Of a stretch of 64,000 nucleotides of DNA, positions 49,153 through 58,908 are shown one piece after another; within the stretch, counting starts at the first letter, position 1; each line of letters starts with the position of its first letter. The position numbers and the translations under genes were made by a program. The stretch lies in contig JBGVRH010000051.1 in assembly GCA_045128275.1 (NCBI GenBank), positions 644 through 64,643 on the forward strand, in the 5' to 3' direction. Below the pieces are notes generated by a model. The model saw nothing but the letters and a program-made list of their open reading frames with translations. It made no database searches and had not been told where the DNA came from. This stretch comes from Eubacteriales bacterium. Lineage in GTDB: Bacteria > Bacillota > Clostridia > Oscillospirales > CAG-272.

Positions 49153-52100
49153 TTATTTCGCCACCACGTTTTCCTTCCCCAAAATCCCTTCCAATCTTGT
49201 CAGCACGAAGGGCGTAGCCTTCATGCGCAGATTGCTGGCATAATACTTCCCGTCGCTCATGTCGTAGAAGATCACGGCAGTAGTCCCGTCGCAGAAGATC
49301 TCGGCGAGATTGAGGGCTTTCTTGTAGGCCTCTCCCTCTCGGTCGGGGACGCGGAGGTAGAGCTTTTGCGGGGGGGCGGCGGGGGTGGGCTTGGGTGCGG
49401 GCTTGGGCGCGGCCATGGACTCGTAGGGATTGTATGCGGGCTTTTGAGTCTGCGCCGAGGGCATGGATTCGTAGGGGTTGTACGCAGGCTTGGAAGTCTG
49501 CGCCGAAGGCATGGACTCATAAGGATTATACGCGGGCTTGGGAGCCTGCGACGAGGGCATGGATTCATAAGGATTATACGCGGGCTTTCCCTCGGTAGCG
49601 GGCTTGGGCGCGGGGGTGGTCTGTTGGGGCTTGACGGTGGGCGCGGGCGCGGGCTTGGACGCAGGCTTCTCTGCGGGCTTGGGCGCACCGTTGAAGTGGG
49701 CGTTGTCCACCAGCTTTCCCATGACCGAAACCAGGATCTTGGGGGATTCCTCCTCACGGACAGACAGATTGCCCTCCACGAAGACGGCTTCGTCGGCCTC
49801 GATGATCTCCCCGTACTGGGTAAAGGTCTTGGGGAAAGCCAGGCACTCGATGACGCCGCCCGAGTCCTCCACCGTGAAGAAGGCCATGCGCTCCTCCTTC
49901 TTGGTGGTTTTCAGAGTGACACCGCTCACGATACCCGCGATCTTGACTCGGGCGCGGTCGGGCAGAGCGGGGGTGTCGGTCTCGCCGGCGTTGCCGTCAA
50001 CGCTCTCGCCTGCGGGAACGATCTCGGAGATCTGCATGGGCTGCAGAGCCTCCACGCACTTGGAAAAATCGTCCAACAGCTGACCCGAGAAGAACATCCC
50101 CGAGGCTTCCTTTTCCAGCATGAGCATTTCACGGAGGGTATGCGGGCGTACTTCGGGATAGCTGAAGGAGGGGGCGGTGTCTATGATATCCTCGGCCATG
50201 GAGAACATATCCATCTGCCCCTCCAGGTTGGCGCGGTTCTTGGCGGACAGGGTGTCGATCATGGTCTCAAAGACCGCCAGGAGCTGGGCGCGGTGGTGGG
50301 GGAGGGTATCGAAGGCACCCGCCTTGATGAGAGCCTCCACCTGCCGCTTGTTGAGATCGTGACCCGACAGGCGGTCGAGGAAGTCCTCGAAGGAGGCAAA
50401 GGGCTTGCGCCGTCTTTCGTTCAGAATGGCGCGGAGGAAGGCCTCGCCCACGTTCTTGAGGGCCAGGAGACCGTAACGAATGTGACCGCCCCGCCCCGTT
50501 TGGGTGGCGTGGAAGTCCATCTGGCTCTCGTTGATATCGGGGGGGAGCACCTGAATGTCGTATTTGGCACACTCGGCGGTGTACTCCGCCATCTTGGGCT
50601 GGTTGCCCAGCACCGAGGTGAGGAGCGCGGCAAAATACGCCCCGGGGTGGTGGGCTTTCAGGTAGGCGGTGCGGTAGGAAATGAGGGCATAGGCGGCGGC
50701 ATGGGACTTGTTGAAGGCGTAGTTGGCAAAGCTCCCCATATCGTCGAAGAGCTTTTCGGCCTCGACATGGGTCATGCCGTTCTTTTCCGCGCCCGCCACG
50801 AAGTCCGCCCGCTCGGCTTCCAAAACAGACGCTTTTTTCTTGGACATGGCACGGCGCACAATATCCGCGTGGCCGTAGGTATATCCTGCCATGACGCGGA
50901 AGATGCTCATGACCTGCTCCTGGTACACCGTCACGCCGTAGGTGGAGGACAGGACGGGCTCCAGGAGAGGGGAGGGGTACTTCACAAGGGAGGGATCCTC
51001 GCGGTTGGCGATGTAACGGGGGATAGCCTCCATGGGGCCGGGGCGGTAGAGGGCGATGGCGGCCTCAATATCGCCAATGGCGCGGGGCTTCAGCCCCGTC
51101 AGCATCTGCCGCATGCCTCCCGATTCCAGCTGGAACACGCCCAGGGTCTGCCCGCGGCTGATCAACTCATAGGTTTCGGGATCGTCCAAAGGGACACGGT
51201 CAAGGGAAAAATCGGGGTCGGACTCCCTCACCTGCGCCTCGGCATCGTGCATGATGGTAAGGTAGCGCAGACCCAAAAAGTCGAATTTCAGCACACCCAG
51301 CTTGGCCACGGTGTCCATATCGTACTGGGTGACGGTGGTGCCGTTGTTGACGGCCAGGGGCACGAAATCGCACACGGGGCGGTCGGTGATGACGATGCCC
51401 GCGGCGTGAACAGAAGCGTTGCGGGGCATACCCTCCAGGGACATGGCAGTATCCACCAGCTTCTTGACCGCCTCCGAGCCTTCATAGAGGGCTTTCAGAT
51501 CTGGGAGCCGCAGAGCCTCCTTGATGGTAATGCCCAGCTCCTGGGGCACAGCGCGGGCCACCACGTCCACGTCGGCGTAGCTCATGCCCATGGCGCGGCC
51601 CGAATCCCGAATGGCGGCGCGGGCGGCCAGGGTGCCGAAGGTGATGATCTGGGACACGTGATCCCGTCCGTACTTATCGGCCACGTAGGATATGACCTCG
51701 TCGCGGCGGTTGTAGCAGAAGTCCACGTCGATATCGGGCATGGACACGCGCTCGGGGTTGAGGAATCGCTCAAAGAGCAGGTCAAAGGCGATGGAATCCA
51801 CCTCGGTGATGCCGATGCAGTAGGCGACGAGAGAACCCGCGCCGGAGCCACGGCCGGGGCCTACGGGGATATCCTTGGATTTGGCGAAGTTGACGTAGTC
51901 CTGCACGATGAGGAAGTAATCGTCATAGCCCATGCTCCCAATCACGCCCAGCTCGTAGGCGATGCGGTCGCGGTAGGCCTGCTCGGAGTGCTTGCCGTCA
52001 TCAAAGACGATTTGACCATCCCGCACACGGCGGGAAAGCCCCTCCTCGGTAAGGCGGGCGAGGTACTCCCCCGCGGCCAGCCCGTCGGGACAGGGGAATT

Positions 52101-52959
52101 TGGGCAGGTAGGTCTTGGTGAAATCGAATTCCAAATTGCACCGCTCAGCAATGCGGACGGTGTTCTCAATGGCACCGGGATAGCGGGAGAAGAGCATCTC
52201 CATCTCCCCCGTGTCCTTGTAGTAGAATTCGTCGGTGGCAAAGCCCACCTTGCCGTCCTCGCCAACGGTGCGCCCCGTCTGGATACAGGTCAGCACCTCC
52301 TGCATGTAGGCGTCCTCGCGGCGGAGGTAGTGGCAATCGTTGGTAGCCACCAGCGGGAGGTCGCACTCCCGCGTCAGCCTCATGAGAGCGGGGAGGATCT
52401 GCCTCTCCTCGAGGAGGTTGTGGTTCTGGATCTCGATGTAGTAGTTCCCCGCTCCGAAGACGGCGGACATGGTGAGGGCGGCGTTCTTGGCCCCCTCGTA
52501 GTCCCCCGCCAAGAGCCGCTTGGGGATGTCACCCGACAAACAGGCCGACAGGGCGATCAGACCCTTGTGGTGGCGGCGCAACAGCTCCATATCCACGCGG
52601 GGACGGCCGTAAAAGCCCTCGGTAAAGCCCGCCGAGACCAAAGTCATGAGGTTTTGGTAGCCCTCCATATTCTCGCAGAGGAGGACGAGGTGGTTGTAAG
52701 CCCCCTCGCGGCCCTGCATACCCGTCTTGTCGAAGCGGGAATTGGGGGCGACATAGACCTCACAGCCGATGATGGGCTTAATACCCGCCTTCTTACAGGC
52801 CTCGTAGAAGGAGACTGCGCCGTACAGCACGCCGTGATCCGTAATGGCCACGGCATCGTGACCGCACTCCTTCACCCGCGCGGGGAGGTCGGATATACGG
52901 CACGCGCCGTCCAGAAGGCTGTATTCGGTGTGGAGGTGAAGATGGACGAAGGTGCCCAT
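49153..52959 (-). CDS. dnaE: DNA polymerase III alpha subunit
   Basis: FVHLHLHTEYSLLDG, GRGSGAGS, FERFLNPER..PDIDVDF, KFDFLGL, YAFNKSH. Confidence 0.99.
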   Translation of the reverse strand: MGTFVHLHLHTEYSLLDGACRISDLPARVKECGHDAVAITDHGVLYGAVSFYEACKKAGIKPIIGCEVYVAPNSRFDKTGMQGREGAYNHLVLLCENMEGYQNLMTLVSAGFTEGFYGRPRVDMELLRRHHKGLIALSACLSGDIPKRLLAGDYEGAKNAALTMSAVFGAGNYYIEIQNHNLLEERQILPALMRLTRECDLPLVATNDCHYLRREDAYMQEVLTCIQTGRTVGEDGKVGFATDEFYYKDTGEMEMLFSRYPGAIENTVRIAERCNLEFDFTKTYLPKFPCPDGLAAGEYLARLTEEGLSRRVRDGQIVFDDGKHSEQAYRDRIAYELGVIGSMGYDDYFLIVQDYVNFAKSKDIPVGPGRGSGAGSLVAYCIGITEVDSIAFDLLFERFLNPERVSMPDIDVDFCYNRRDEVISYVADKYGRDHVSQIITFGTLAARAAIRDSGRAMGMSYADVDVVARAVPQELGITIKEALRLPDLKALYEGSEAVKKLVDTAMSLEGMPRNASVHAAGIVITDRPVCDFVPLAVNNGTTVTQYDMDTVAKLGVLKFDFLGLRYLTIMHDAEAQVRESDPDFSLDRVPLDDPETYELISRGQTLGVFQLESGGMRQMLTGLKPRAIGDIEAAIALYRPGPMEAIPRYIANREDPSLVKYPSPLLEPVLSSTYGVTVYQEQVMSIFRVMAGYTYGHADIVRRAMSKKKASVLEAERADFVAGAEKNGMTHVEAEKLFDDMGSFANYAFNKSHAAAYALISYRTAYLKAHHPGAYFAALLTSVLGNQPKMAEYTAECAKYDIQVLPPDINESQMDFHATQTGRGGHIRYGLLALKNVGEAFLRAILNERRRKPFASFEDFLDRLSGHDLNKRQVEALIKAGAFDTLPHHRAQLLAVFETMIDTLSAKNRANLEGQMDMFSMAEDIIDTAPSFSYPEVRPHTLREMLMLEKEASGMFFSGQLLDDFSKCVEALQPMQISEIVPAGESVDGNAGETDTPALPDRARVKIAGIVSGVTLKTTKKEERMAFFTVEDSGGVIECLAFPKTFTQYGEIIEADEAVFVEGNLSVREEESPKILVSVMGKLVDNAHFNGAPKPAEKPASKPAPAPTVKPQQTTPAPKPATEGKPAYNPYESMPSSQAPKPAYNPYESMPSAQTSKPAYNPYESMPSAQTQKPAYNPYESMAAPKPAPKPTPAAPPQKLYLRVPDREGEAYKKALNLAEIFCDGTTAVIFYDMSDGKYYASNLRMKATPFVLTRLEGILGKENVVAK
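49411..49587 (-). repeat. 48-bp coding tandem repeat in dnaE (KPAYNPYESM x4)
   Basis: Four copies visible in translation and DNA. Confidence 0.9.
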
Positions 52960-52978
52960 GGGCGGTCTCCTTTCTAAG

Positions 52979-53219
52979 TTTCAAATTTGGGTTTGTCGGG
53001 CGGAGCCCGTCACGCCCGTAGGGCATATCGCGCCCGAAGGGCATATCTCGCCTGCAAGGCAAATCGTGCCCGAAGGGCATCTCGCAAACTCCTAAAAAGG
53101 CTGATTTCGCCTAACGGCGAGCGATATGCGCTTCGCGCGAGATATGCCCGCTGGGCGCGATATGCCCGTTGGGCGCGATATGCCCTTCGGGCGTGAACAG
53201 ACCGCTAAACCGCAATTTA
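52979..53219 (-). mobile_element. MITE-like element with conserved inverted ends (copy 3; tandem mini-hairpins inside)
   Basis: TTTCAAATTTGGGTTTGTCGG .. CCGCTAAACCGCAATTTA; inner inverted arrays of 18-bp GCGATATGCCCnnnGGGC units. Confidence 0.65.
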
Positions 53220-53489
53220 CTGTTCGGGCAAAACCTCTTTCGCTCGGTAGATCAGACTCGCATTCCCTTTCTTATCCACCACCAAAATGGCCTGCTCTGC
53301 CTCCCCCTCCTCATCCACGATGCGGAAGGGCTCGCGGCGGGCGGCCTTCAAGGACAGAAAGCCTGCGGACAGGACGAACTCGTCCCCGTCCAGGGTGACG
53401 GTCATTTTCCCCGTGAATTTATTGAGGGAATAGGTAACGGTATGGGTGGGCGCATCGGCAGGGATGCGCCACGTAATGATTTTCGCCAT
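53217..53489 (-). CDS. Hypothetical protein
   Basis: 90-aa ORF with RBS GAGGA between folD and dnaE. Confidence 0.7.
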   Translation of the reverse strand: MAKIITWRIPADAPTHTVTYSLNKFTGKMTVTLDGDEFVLSAGFLSLKAARREPFRIVDEEGEAEQAILVVDKKGNASLIYRAKEVLPEQ

Positions 53490-53498
53490 GGATCATCC

Positions 53499-54353
53499 TC
53501 ACTTGGCGGCCGCCTCGGTGGCGGCGGTCAGGGTGTTCTGCATGAGCATGGTGATGGTCATGGGGCCCACACCGCCTGGGACGGGGGTGATGTAGGAGGC
53601 CTTGGGCGCGACGGTGGCGAAGTCCACGTCACCCGTGAGCTTGCCGTCAGCCTTGCGGTTCATGCCCACGTCGATGACCACGGCCCCCTCCTTGACCATG
53701 TCTCCCGTGACGAAATCGGCCTTGCCGATGGCCACAACCAGAATATCGGCGCGGCGGGTCACCTCGGAGAGATCCTTGGTGCGGCTGTGGCAGATGGTCA
53801 CGGTGCCGTTGGCCTGGAGCAGGAGCATGGCCATGGGCTTGCCCACGATGTTGGAGCGGCCCACCACCACGCACTCCTTGCCTGTGCAGTCGATGCCGGA
53901 GCGGCGGATCAGCTCCATGACGCCTGCGGGAGTGCAGGGGAGGAACTTCTGGTTCCCAATCATAATTCTGCCGACGTTATAGGGATGGAATGCGTCCACG
54001 TCCTTCTTGGGGTCGATGCGGAGCAGGATGGACTCCTCGTTCAGATGCTTGGGCAGAGGCAGCTGGCAGAGGATGCCGTGGATGGCGGGGTCGGCATTGA
54101 GCTTGTCCACCAATGCCTCCAGCTCCTCCTGTGTGGTCTCCTCTGGCAGCTCGTAGGCCTCGGAGTAGAAGCCCACCTCCTCGCAGGCTCTCCGCTTGTT
54201 GCGGACGTAGACCTGGGAGGCGGGGTCGGTGCCCACGATGATCACCGCCAGACCGGGGGTGATGCCCGTCTCGGCAATGAGCTTTTGGGTATTTTCCTTG
54301 ATCTCCCCGCGGACGGCGGCGGAGATGGCTTTTCCGTCGATGATGTTGGCCAT
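53499..54353 (-). CDS. folD: Methylenetetrahydrofolate dehydrogenase/cyclohydrolase
   Basis: IIDGK, QLPLP, KDVDAFHP, PCTP, GRSNIVGKP, TPVPGGVGPMT. Confidence 0.98.
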   Translation of the reverse strand: MANIIDGKAISAAVRGEIKENTQKLIAETGITPGLAVIIVGTDPASQVYVRNKRRACEEVGFYSEAYELPEETTQEELEALVDKLNADPAIHGILCQLPLPKHLNEESILLRIDPKKDVDAFHPYNVGRIMIGNQKFLPCTPAGVMELIRRSGIDCTGKECVVVGRSNIVGKPMAMLLLQANGTVTICHSRTKDLSEVTRRADILVVAIGKADFVTGDMVKEGAVVIDVGMNRKADGKLTGDVDFATVAPKASYITPVPGGVGPMTITMLMQNTLTAATEAAAK

Positions 54354-54367
54354 GGTCTGATTCTCCT

Positions 54368-55411
54368 TTATTCGGTATCGGTATCGTCCGCGGCGGTGTT
54401 CTCGCCGTCGGCGGTCGGGAGGGGAGACCCCTCCTCTGCGGGATCGGCGGTATTCTCCTCTGCTTGGGTCTCGGCGGCGTTCTCAACGCCATTCTCAGCG
54501 GTATCCTCGGCGTCAGTCTCGGTCGCAGCCTCCCCCTCGGCGGGCACAGCCTCCGCCCAGCGGACGGTGAGCCACTTATCCAGCTTGCCCTTGCTTGCCA
54601 GCACGAAGCCCGCGATCATGAGGCCCATGCCCGCGATGAAGCAGAAAGCACCCACCACCTGGGAGATGCGGAAGGGACCCACGTAGAGGCTATCGGTGCG
54701 CAGACCCTCAATGAACATCCGCCCAAAGCCGTACCACGCGAAGTAGGTGAGGGCCATCTGACCGTTGAACTTTTTCTTGCGGTAGATGCAGGCAATGAGG
54801 ATAAAGCCCGCGACATTCCACAGGGACTCGTAGAGGAAGGTGGGGTGGTAGTAGTGCATGGTACTGCCCGTGTGGGTGTAATCCGAGATCAGACCCATGC
54901 GGAAGGGGTAGAGGAGGCTCCCCTCGGCCACCTCGTAGCCGAAGGCCTCACCGTTCATGAAGTTGCCCCAACGGCCGATGGCCTGGGCCAGCATGACACC
55001 GGGGCCTACGGCATCCATGACCTTCAAGGGGTTGATCTTCTTGTACACCGCCGTCAGCACCAGGGCGGTACAGCCCGCGATGATGCCGCCGTAGATGGCC
55101 AGACCTCCCTCCCACACGGCGATGACGTCGATGAAATTCTTGTACTCATGGGTATCCAGGGTGGTCACCACGTAGTAGAGGCGGGCGCCCAGGACACCGA
55201 AGAGGACGGTGAAGATGCCCATGTCCAGCACGTCGTCGGTGGTAAAGCCCTCTCTCTTGGAGCGGATGATGGCGTGGACAAAGGCGGCCACGATACCCAG
55301 CATGATGATGACGCCGTACCAGTAGATGGGCTTACCGAACAGCTCAAAGGCCACGCGGTCGACCGAAAACTCGCCGATGCCCAGGCCGGGGAAGGATACT
55401 GTGGTGCTCAT
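54368..55411 (-). CDS. lgt: Prolipoprotein diacylglyceryl transferase
   Basis: WYG, GARLYYV, GGLAIYGG, QAIGRWGNFMNGE, HPTFLYES. Confidence 0.97.
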   Translation of the reverse strand: MSTTVSFPGLGIGEFSVDRVAFELFGKPIYWYGVIIMLGIVAAFVHAIIRSKREGFTTDDVLDMGIFTVLFGVLGARLYYVVTTLDTHEYKNFIDVIAVWEGGLAIYGGIIAGCTALVLTAVYKKINPLKVMDAVGPGVMLAQAIGRWGNFMNGEAFGYEVAEGSLLYPFRMGLISDYTHTGSTMHYYHPTFLYESLWNVAGFILIACIYRKKKFNGQMALTYFAWYGFGRMFIEGLRTDSLYVGPFRISQVVGAFCFIAGMGLMIAGFVLASKGKLDKWLTVRWAEAVPAEGEAATETDAEDTAENGVENAAETQAEENTADPAEEGSPLPTADGENTAADDTDTE

Positions 55412-55438
55412 AGGTTTTCCTTTCCGATCCCACAGGGA

Positions 55439-56770
55439 TCAGTCGGTAGCCTCGGTGGGGAGGATGACCGACAGGGTGTACTGACTGTCACGGAAGGCCT
55501 TGGAGAAAAGCTCCGTAACGTCGCGGTAGGTGATGCTATCCATCACCGCAAAGAAATCGTAGGCGCAGAGGCCGTCCTGGGCGTAGCTGCCCAACAAGGA
55601 GGCAATGTCCTCGGTGGTGTCGAAGGTGGCCACGAGATCGGCGTAGACCACCCGCTTGGCCCGCTCGAAATCCTCTCGGGGCAGTCCCTTCTCACGGACA
55701 CGCTCCACGAAGGACAGGAAGGCGGCCATAACCTCGTCGGGGTCATCGCATTCCCCCGACAGATCGAAGTAGCCGTAGGCGAAGGAGGCGGGCAGGCGGG
55801 GGGAGTCCCCCACCAGAAAGCCGTAGGACGTGCCGGGGCTGACCAGCCCTCTTTCAAACAAGTCGCTGTAAAAATCTCCCGCGTGGGAGAACAGGGTCTC
55901 GCACAGCACCGAGACCGTCATGTCCCGCTTCCACAAAGCCTCGGCACCTGCGGGCGGGTCGGGGTACTTGATCCCGATGGAGAACAGGGGCTTGGCCACT
56001 TGGCGGTAGGCCACGGTGCGGGGAGTAAAGGCGGCGGGGGACACCCGCACGCGGGGAGCGGTGATCCCCACGGGGAGCGGCTCTTTTTCGGGGAGGCCCG
56101 CCATGACCGATTCCGCCGTAGCCAGGATCTCCTCGGCCTCCACCCGTCCGCAGACCGTCAGGATCATGTTGTCGGGGCGGTAGAAGGTGTCGAAGGCCTC
56201 CCGCAGGACGGCGGGGGTGATCCGACGGATGGAGGACAGGCTGCCGCAGATCTCCTCACGGACGGGATGACGGCCAAAGAGGGCCGTTCTCGCGGCGGCC
56301 GAGCATCTCTCCCAGGGGTCGTCGGCATTCATGCGGATCTCCTCGGCGATGATCCCCCGCTCTCTGGCCACCGATTCGGGGGTGACGTACAGGGAGGAGA
56401 CCATGGAAAGGAGGGCCTTCAGCCCCTCGGTAAAGCGGTCGGTGCAGGAAAAGTAGTAAACGGTGCGATCGTGGGAGGTGTATGCGTTGGACTCGGCACC
56501 CATGGCGGCGAAATCGTCGTCAAAGCTGTCGCTCCCCCCGTAGAGGTCGGGGTCACGCTCGAACATCTTGTGCTCCAGGAAATGGGCGGTGCCCATGGGG
56601 AGGGTACGCCCTCCCGAAAAACGATCCATGGAGCCGTAGCCCACGCTCACGGCGGCATGGTAGGTGTGTCTGTCCTTGGGGCAGATCAGGACACGGAGAC
56701 CGCAGGGGAGTCGGGTCTCGGTGTAGCTCTCCTCCAGCCGCTCACAGGTGTGCAGGATGGGATCAGTCAT
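55439..56770 (-). CDS. M16 family zinc peptidase, YmfH-like
   Basis: GTAHFLEHKMF (HxxEH), NAYTS, ERGIIAEEI. Confidence 0.9.
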   Translation of the reverse strand: MTDPILHTCERLEESYTETRLPCGLRVLICPKDRHTYHAAVSVGYGSMDRFSGGRTLPMGTAHFLEHKMFERDPDLYGGSDSFDDDFAAMGAESNAYTSHDRTVYYFSCTDRFTEGLKALLSMVSSLYVTPESVARERGIIAEEIRMNADDPWERCSAAARTALFGRHPVREEICGSLSSIRRITPAVLREAFDTFYRPDNMILTVCGRVEAEEILATAESVMAGLPEKEPLPVGITAPRVRVSPAAFTPRTVAYRQVAKPLFSIGIKYPDPPAGAEALWKRDMTVSVLCETLFSHAGDFYSDLFERGLVSPGTSYGFLVGDSPRLPASFAYGYFDLSGECDDPDEVMAAFLSFVERVREKGLPREDFERAKRVVYADLVATFDTTEDIASLLGSYAQDGLCAYDFFAVMDSITYRDVTELFSKAFRDSQYTLSVILPTEATD

Positions 56771-58082
56771 CGTAGTCCTCCTCCTCTTCCCCGCAGGCGG
56801 TGCCGTTGAGGAAGAATACCGTGTCGGGCAAAAACGTCTTGGCGACCTTCGCCACATCGGCGGGAGTCACCTCCAGGATACGGGAAAGCTCATCCTCGGG
56901 GGTATCGGGGGTACCGTTCAGAAGGCGGTTCAGAGCAAAGACCTCCAGGGAGGACTGGCTGTCCCCCATCTGGCGGTAGGCGTTCTGCAGGGAGAGCTTG
57001 GCCAGCTCCACCTCCTCGGCGGTGATGCGCCCCTCTTGGATAGCCGTCAGCTCGGCGCGGATGGCATCCTCGGCCTCGGCGCGGTTCTCGGGGCTGATTC
57101 CGCAGGAGACCCAGAGGATGCCCTTGGTCATATCCAGGGCGGAATCACAGAAGTAGCAGAGTCCCCGCTCCTCCCGCACGTGACGGAAGAGCCGCGAGCT
57201 CTGCATGACCCCGAACAGCTCGTTGCAGACGGCGTAGGCCGCCAGCGCGTCGGGGGAATGCTTCAGAGTGGTGAAGTTCTCCCCGCAGGACCAGCCCATG
57301 CAGAGCTTGCCCTGGCTCACCTCCATGTCCTCCGACACGGCGCGAGGGGCGACGGGGGGGATGTGGGGGGGTGTGGGCGGGGTATGGATCAAGGCGGGAG
57401 TCCAACCGCCAAAGGCCTCGTCCCATGCGGCGGCCACGGTCTCTGCCGAGGCCCGTCCCGTATAGAAGACCTCCATGCGGGTGGCGTTCAGCAATGCCTG
57501 GTGGTGAGCCGTGACCTCATGGACGGTCATGGCCTCTACCTGCTCCACGGTACCGCCGATGGACAGGCCGTAGGGCTCCCCTTCGCACATGATCTCGCGG
57601 AGGCGGTTGCCCGCGTAGGCGCGGGTATCGTTGCGCAGGGAGCGAAGGCTGTCGCAGAGGGCGATCTTCTCGGCCTCTACGGCGGCTTTACGGAGGCAGC
57701 CGTCTCCGTCTCGCAGAGGGCGCAGGATCATATCCGCCAGCAGCTCCATGACCCCGCCCAAAATGTCCATGTGGGCATCCGCGGGGGGCAGGAAGGCCTG
57801 CTCGGGCATTTCGGCGGTGTAGCACACCACGTGGTTGTCCCCGTGGAGGTAGTTGCGGATGGTGAGGGTGGTGCCGTACAGCTCGTCCAGGCGGCGGTTG
57901 AGGAGAGCCAAGCGGGGGTAATGCTCGCTTCCCCGTCGGTAGATCCCAAAGAGCAGGGTAGTCAGCGGAGAGCCGTTGGGGTGGGCGGGCATCACCGTAA
58001 AGAGGCTGAGCCGCGCCGTCTTGAAGCGTCCGTCACGGGTGTGGCGGAGGGTGGCGGCGGGGTTGAGGGTGATCTCAGTCAT
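56763..58082 (-). CDS. M16 family non-catalytic partner, YmfF-like
   Basis: RFKT, LDELYG, QGKLCMG, SRLFRHVREERGLCY. Confidence 0.88.
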   Translation of the reverse strand: MTEITLNPAATLRHTRDGRFKTARLSLFTVMPAHPNGSPLTTLLFGIYRRGSEHYPRLALLNRRLDELYGTTLTIRNYLHGDNHVVCYTAEMPEQAFLPPADAHMDILGGVMELLADMILRPLRDGDGCLRKAAVEAEKIALCDSLRSLRNDTRAYAGNRLREIMCEGEPYGLSIGGTVEQVEAMTVHEVTAHHQALLNATRMEVFYTGRASAETVAAAWDEAFGGWTPALIHTPPTPPHIPPVAPRAVSEDMEVSQGKLCMGWSCGENFTTLKHSPDALAAYAVCNELFGVMQSSRLFRHVREERGLCYFCDSALDMTKGILWVSCGISPENRAEAEDAIRAELTAIQEGRITAEEVELAKLSLQNAYRQMGDSQSSLEVFALNRLLNGTPDTPEDELSRILEVTPADVAKVAKTFLPDTVFFLNGTACGEEEEDYDD

Positions 58083-58908
58083 GCTTGTGCTTGATCCCAT
58101 CCCAGATCTCGTCCAGCTCGGCCATGGTCAAGGTCTCCATGTCCTTCCCCGCCTCCATGACGGCGTTCTCCACCTTCTCAAAGCGGTCGATGAACTTGTT
58201 GGTGGCGTGGAACAGAGCCTCCTCGGACTTGACCCCCAGCTTGCGGGCCAAGGACGTGACGGTGAGGAGCAGATCTCCCAGCTCCTCCTCCACGGCGGCC
58301 TGATCTCCCGACGCGGCGGCGGCCTTCACCTCGGCGATCTCCTCGTCCAGCTTCTTATACACCTCGTCGGCGTTGGCAAAGTCAAAGCAGGCAGCCTTCT
58401 TACCCACCTTCTGGGCACGCATGAGGGCGGGGTACATGGGCGGGATGGCGCGGAGCTTGTCGGTGACGGTGACTCTCTGCTTCTCCTCTCCCTTGATGGC
58501 CTCCCAGTTCTTCAGCACCTCGGCGGAGTTCTCCACCTCGACGGTGCCGAACACGTGGGGATGGCGGTGGATGAGCTTGGCGCAGATGTCATTGGAGACC
58601 TCGGCCATGCCGAAGACGTCATTTTCCTGCTCGATGCGGGCGTGGAAGACCACCTGCAACAGCACGTCTCCCAGCTCCTCCCGAAGGAGGACGGGATCCT
58701 CGGTGTCGATGGCCTCGATGACCTCGTAGGTCTCCTCAATGAAGTCATTGCGGATGGACTTATGGGTCTGCTCCATATCCCAGGGGCAACCACCCTCGCT
58801 TCGGAGAAGCTCCACGACGGTCACAAGGTCGTCGAAGGTGTAGGGGGCGTTCTTTTCCAGCAGGTAGCGGACGTTTGCGTCCCGCTGTTCTTTGGTCAGC
58901 TTATTCAT
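58075..58908 (-). CDS. mazG: Nucleoside triphosphate pyrophosphohydrolase MazG
   Basis: GGCPWD..QTH, EELGDVLLQVVFH, KLIHRHPHVF, second EELGDLL. Confidence 0.95.
   Translation of the reverse strand: MNKLTKEQRDANVRYLLEKNAPYTFDDLVTVVELLRSEGGCPWDMEQTHKSIRNDFIEETYEVIEAIDTEDPVLLREELGDVLLQVVFHARIEQENDVFGMAEVSNDICAKLIHRHPHVFGTVEVENSAEVLKNWEAIKGEEKQRVTVTDKLRAIPPMYPALMRAQKVGKKAACFDFANADEVYKKLDEEIAEVKAAAASGDQAAVEEELGDLLLTVTSLARKLGVKSEEALFHATNKFIDRFEKVENAVMEAGKDMETLTMAELDEIWDGIKHKHD

Noticed and set aside
49153-52959. Intein in dnaE
   Set aside because: No Cys/Ser start with His-Asn end or homing endonuclease motifs; extra length comes from the Pro-rich repeat linker.
49099-52977. 1292-aa plus-strand ORF, and similar long ORFs at 235-1323, 7678-10119, 11666-13879, 21484-23964, 31534-33861, 54464-56809
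   Set aside because: Antisense shadows of real genes caused by GC-rich codon bias; no recognisable motifs.
53010-53195. Short tandem repeats resembling a CRISPR array
   Set aside because: Units are about 18 bp with no unique spacers of CRISPR size and no cas genes; treated as mini-hairpin cargo.
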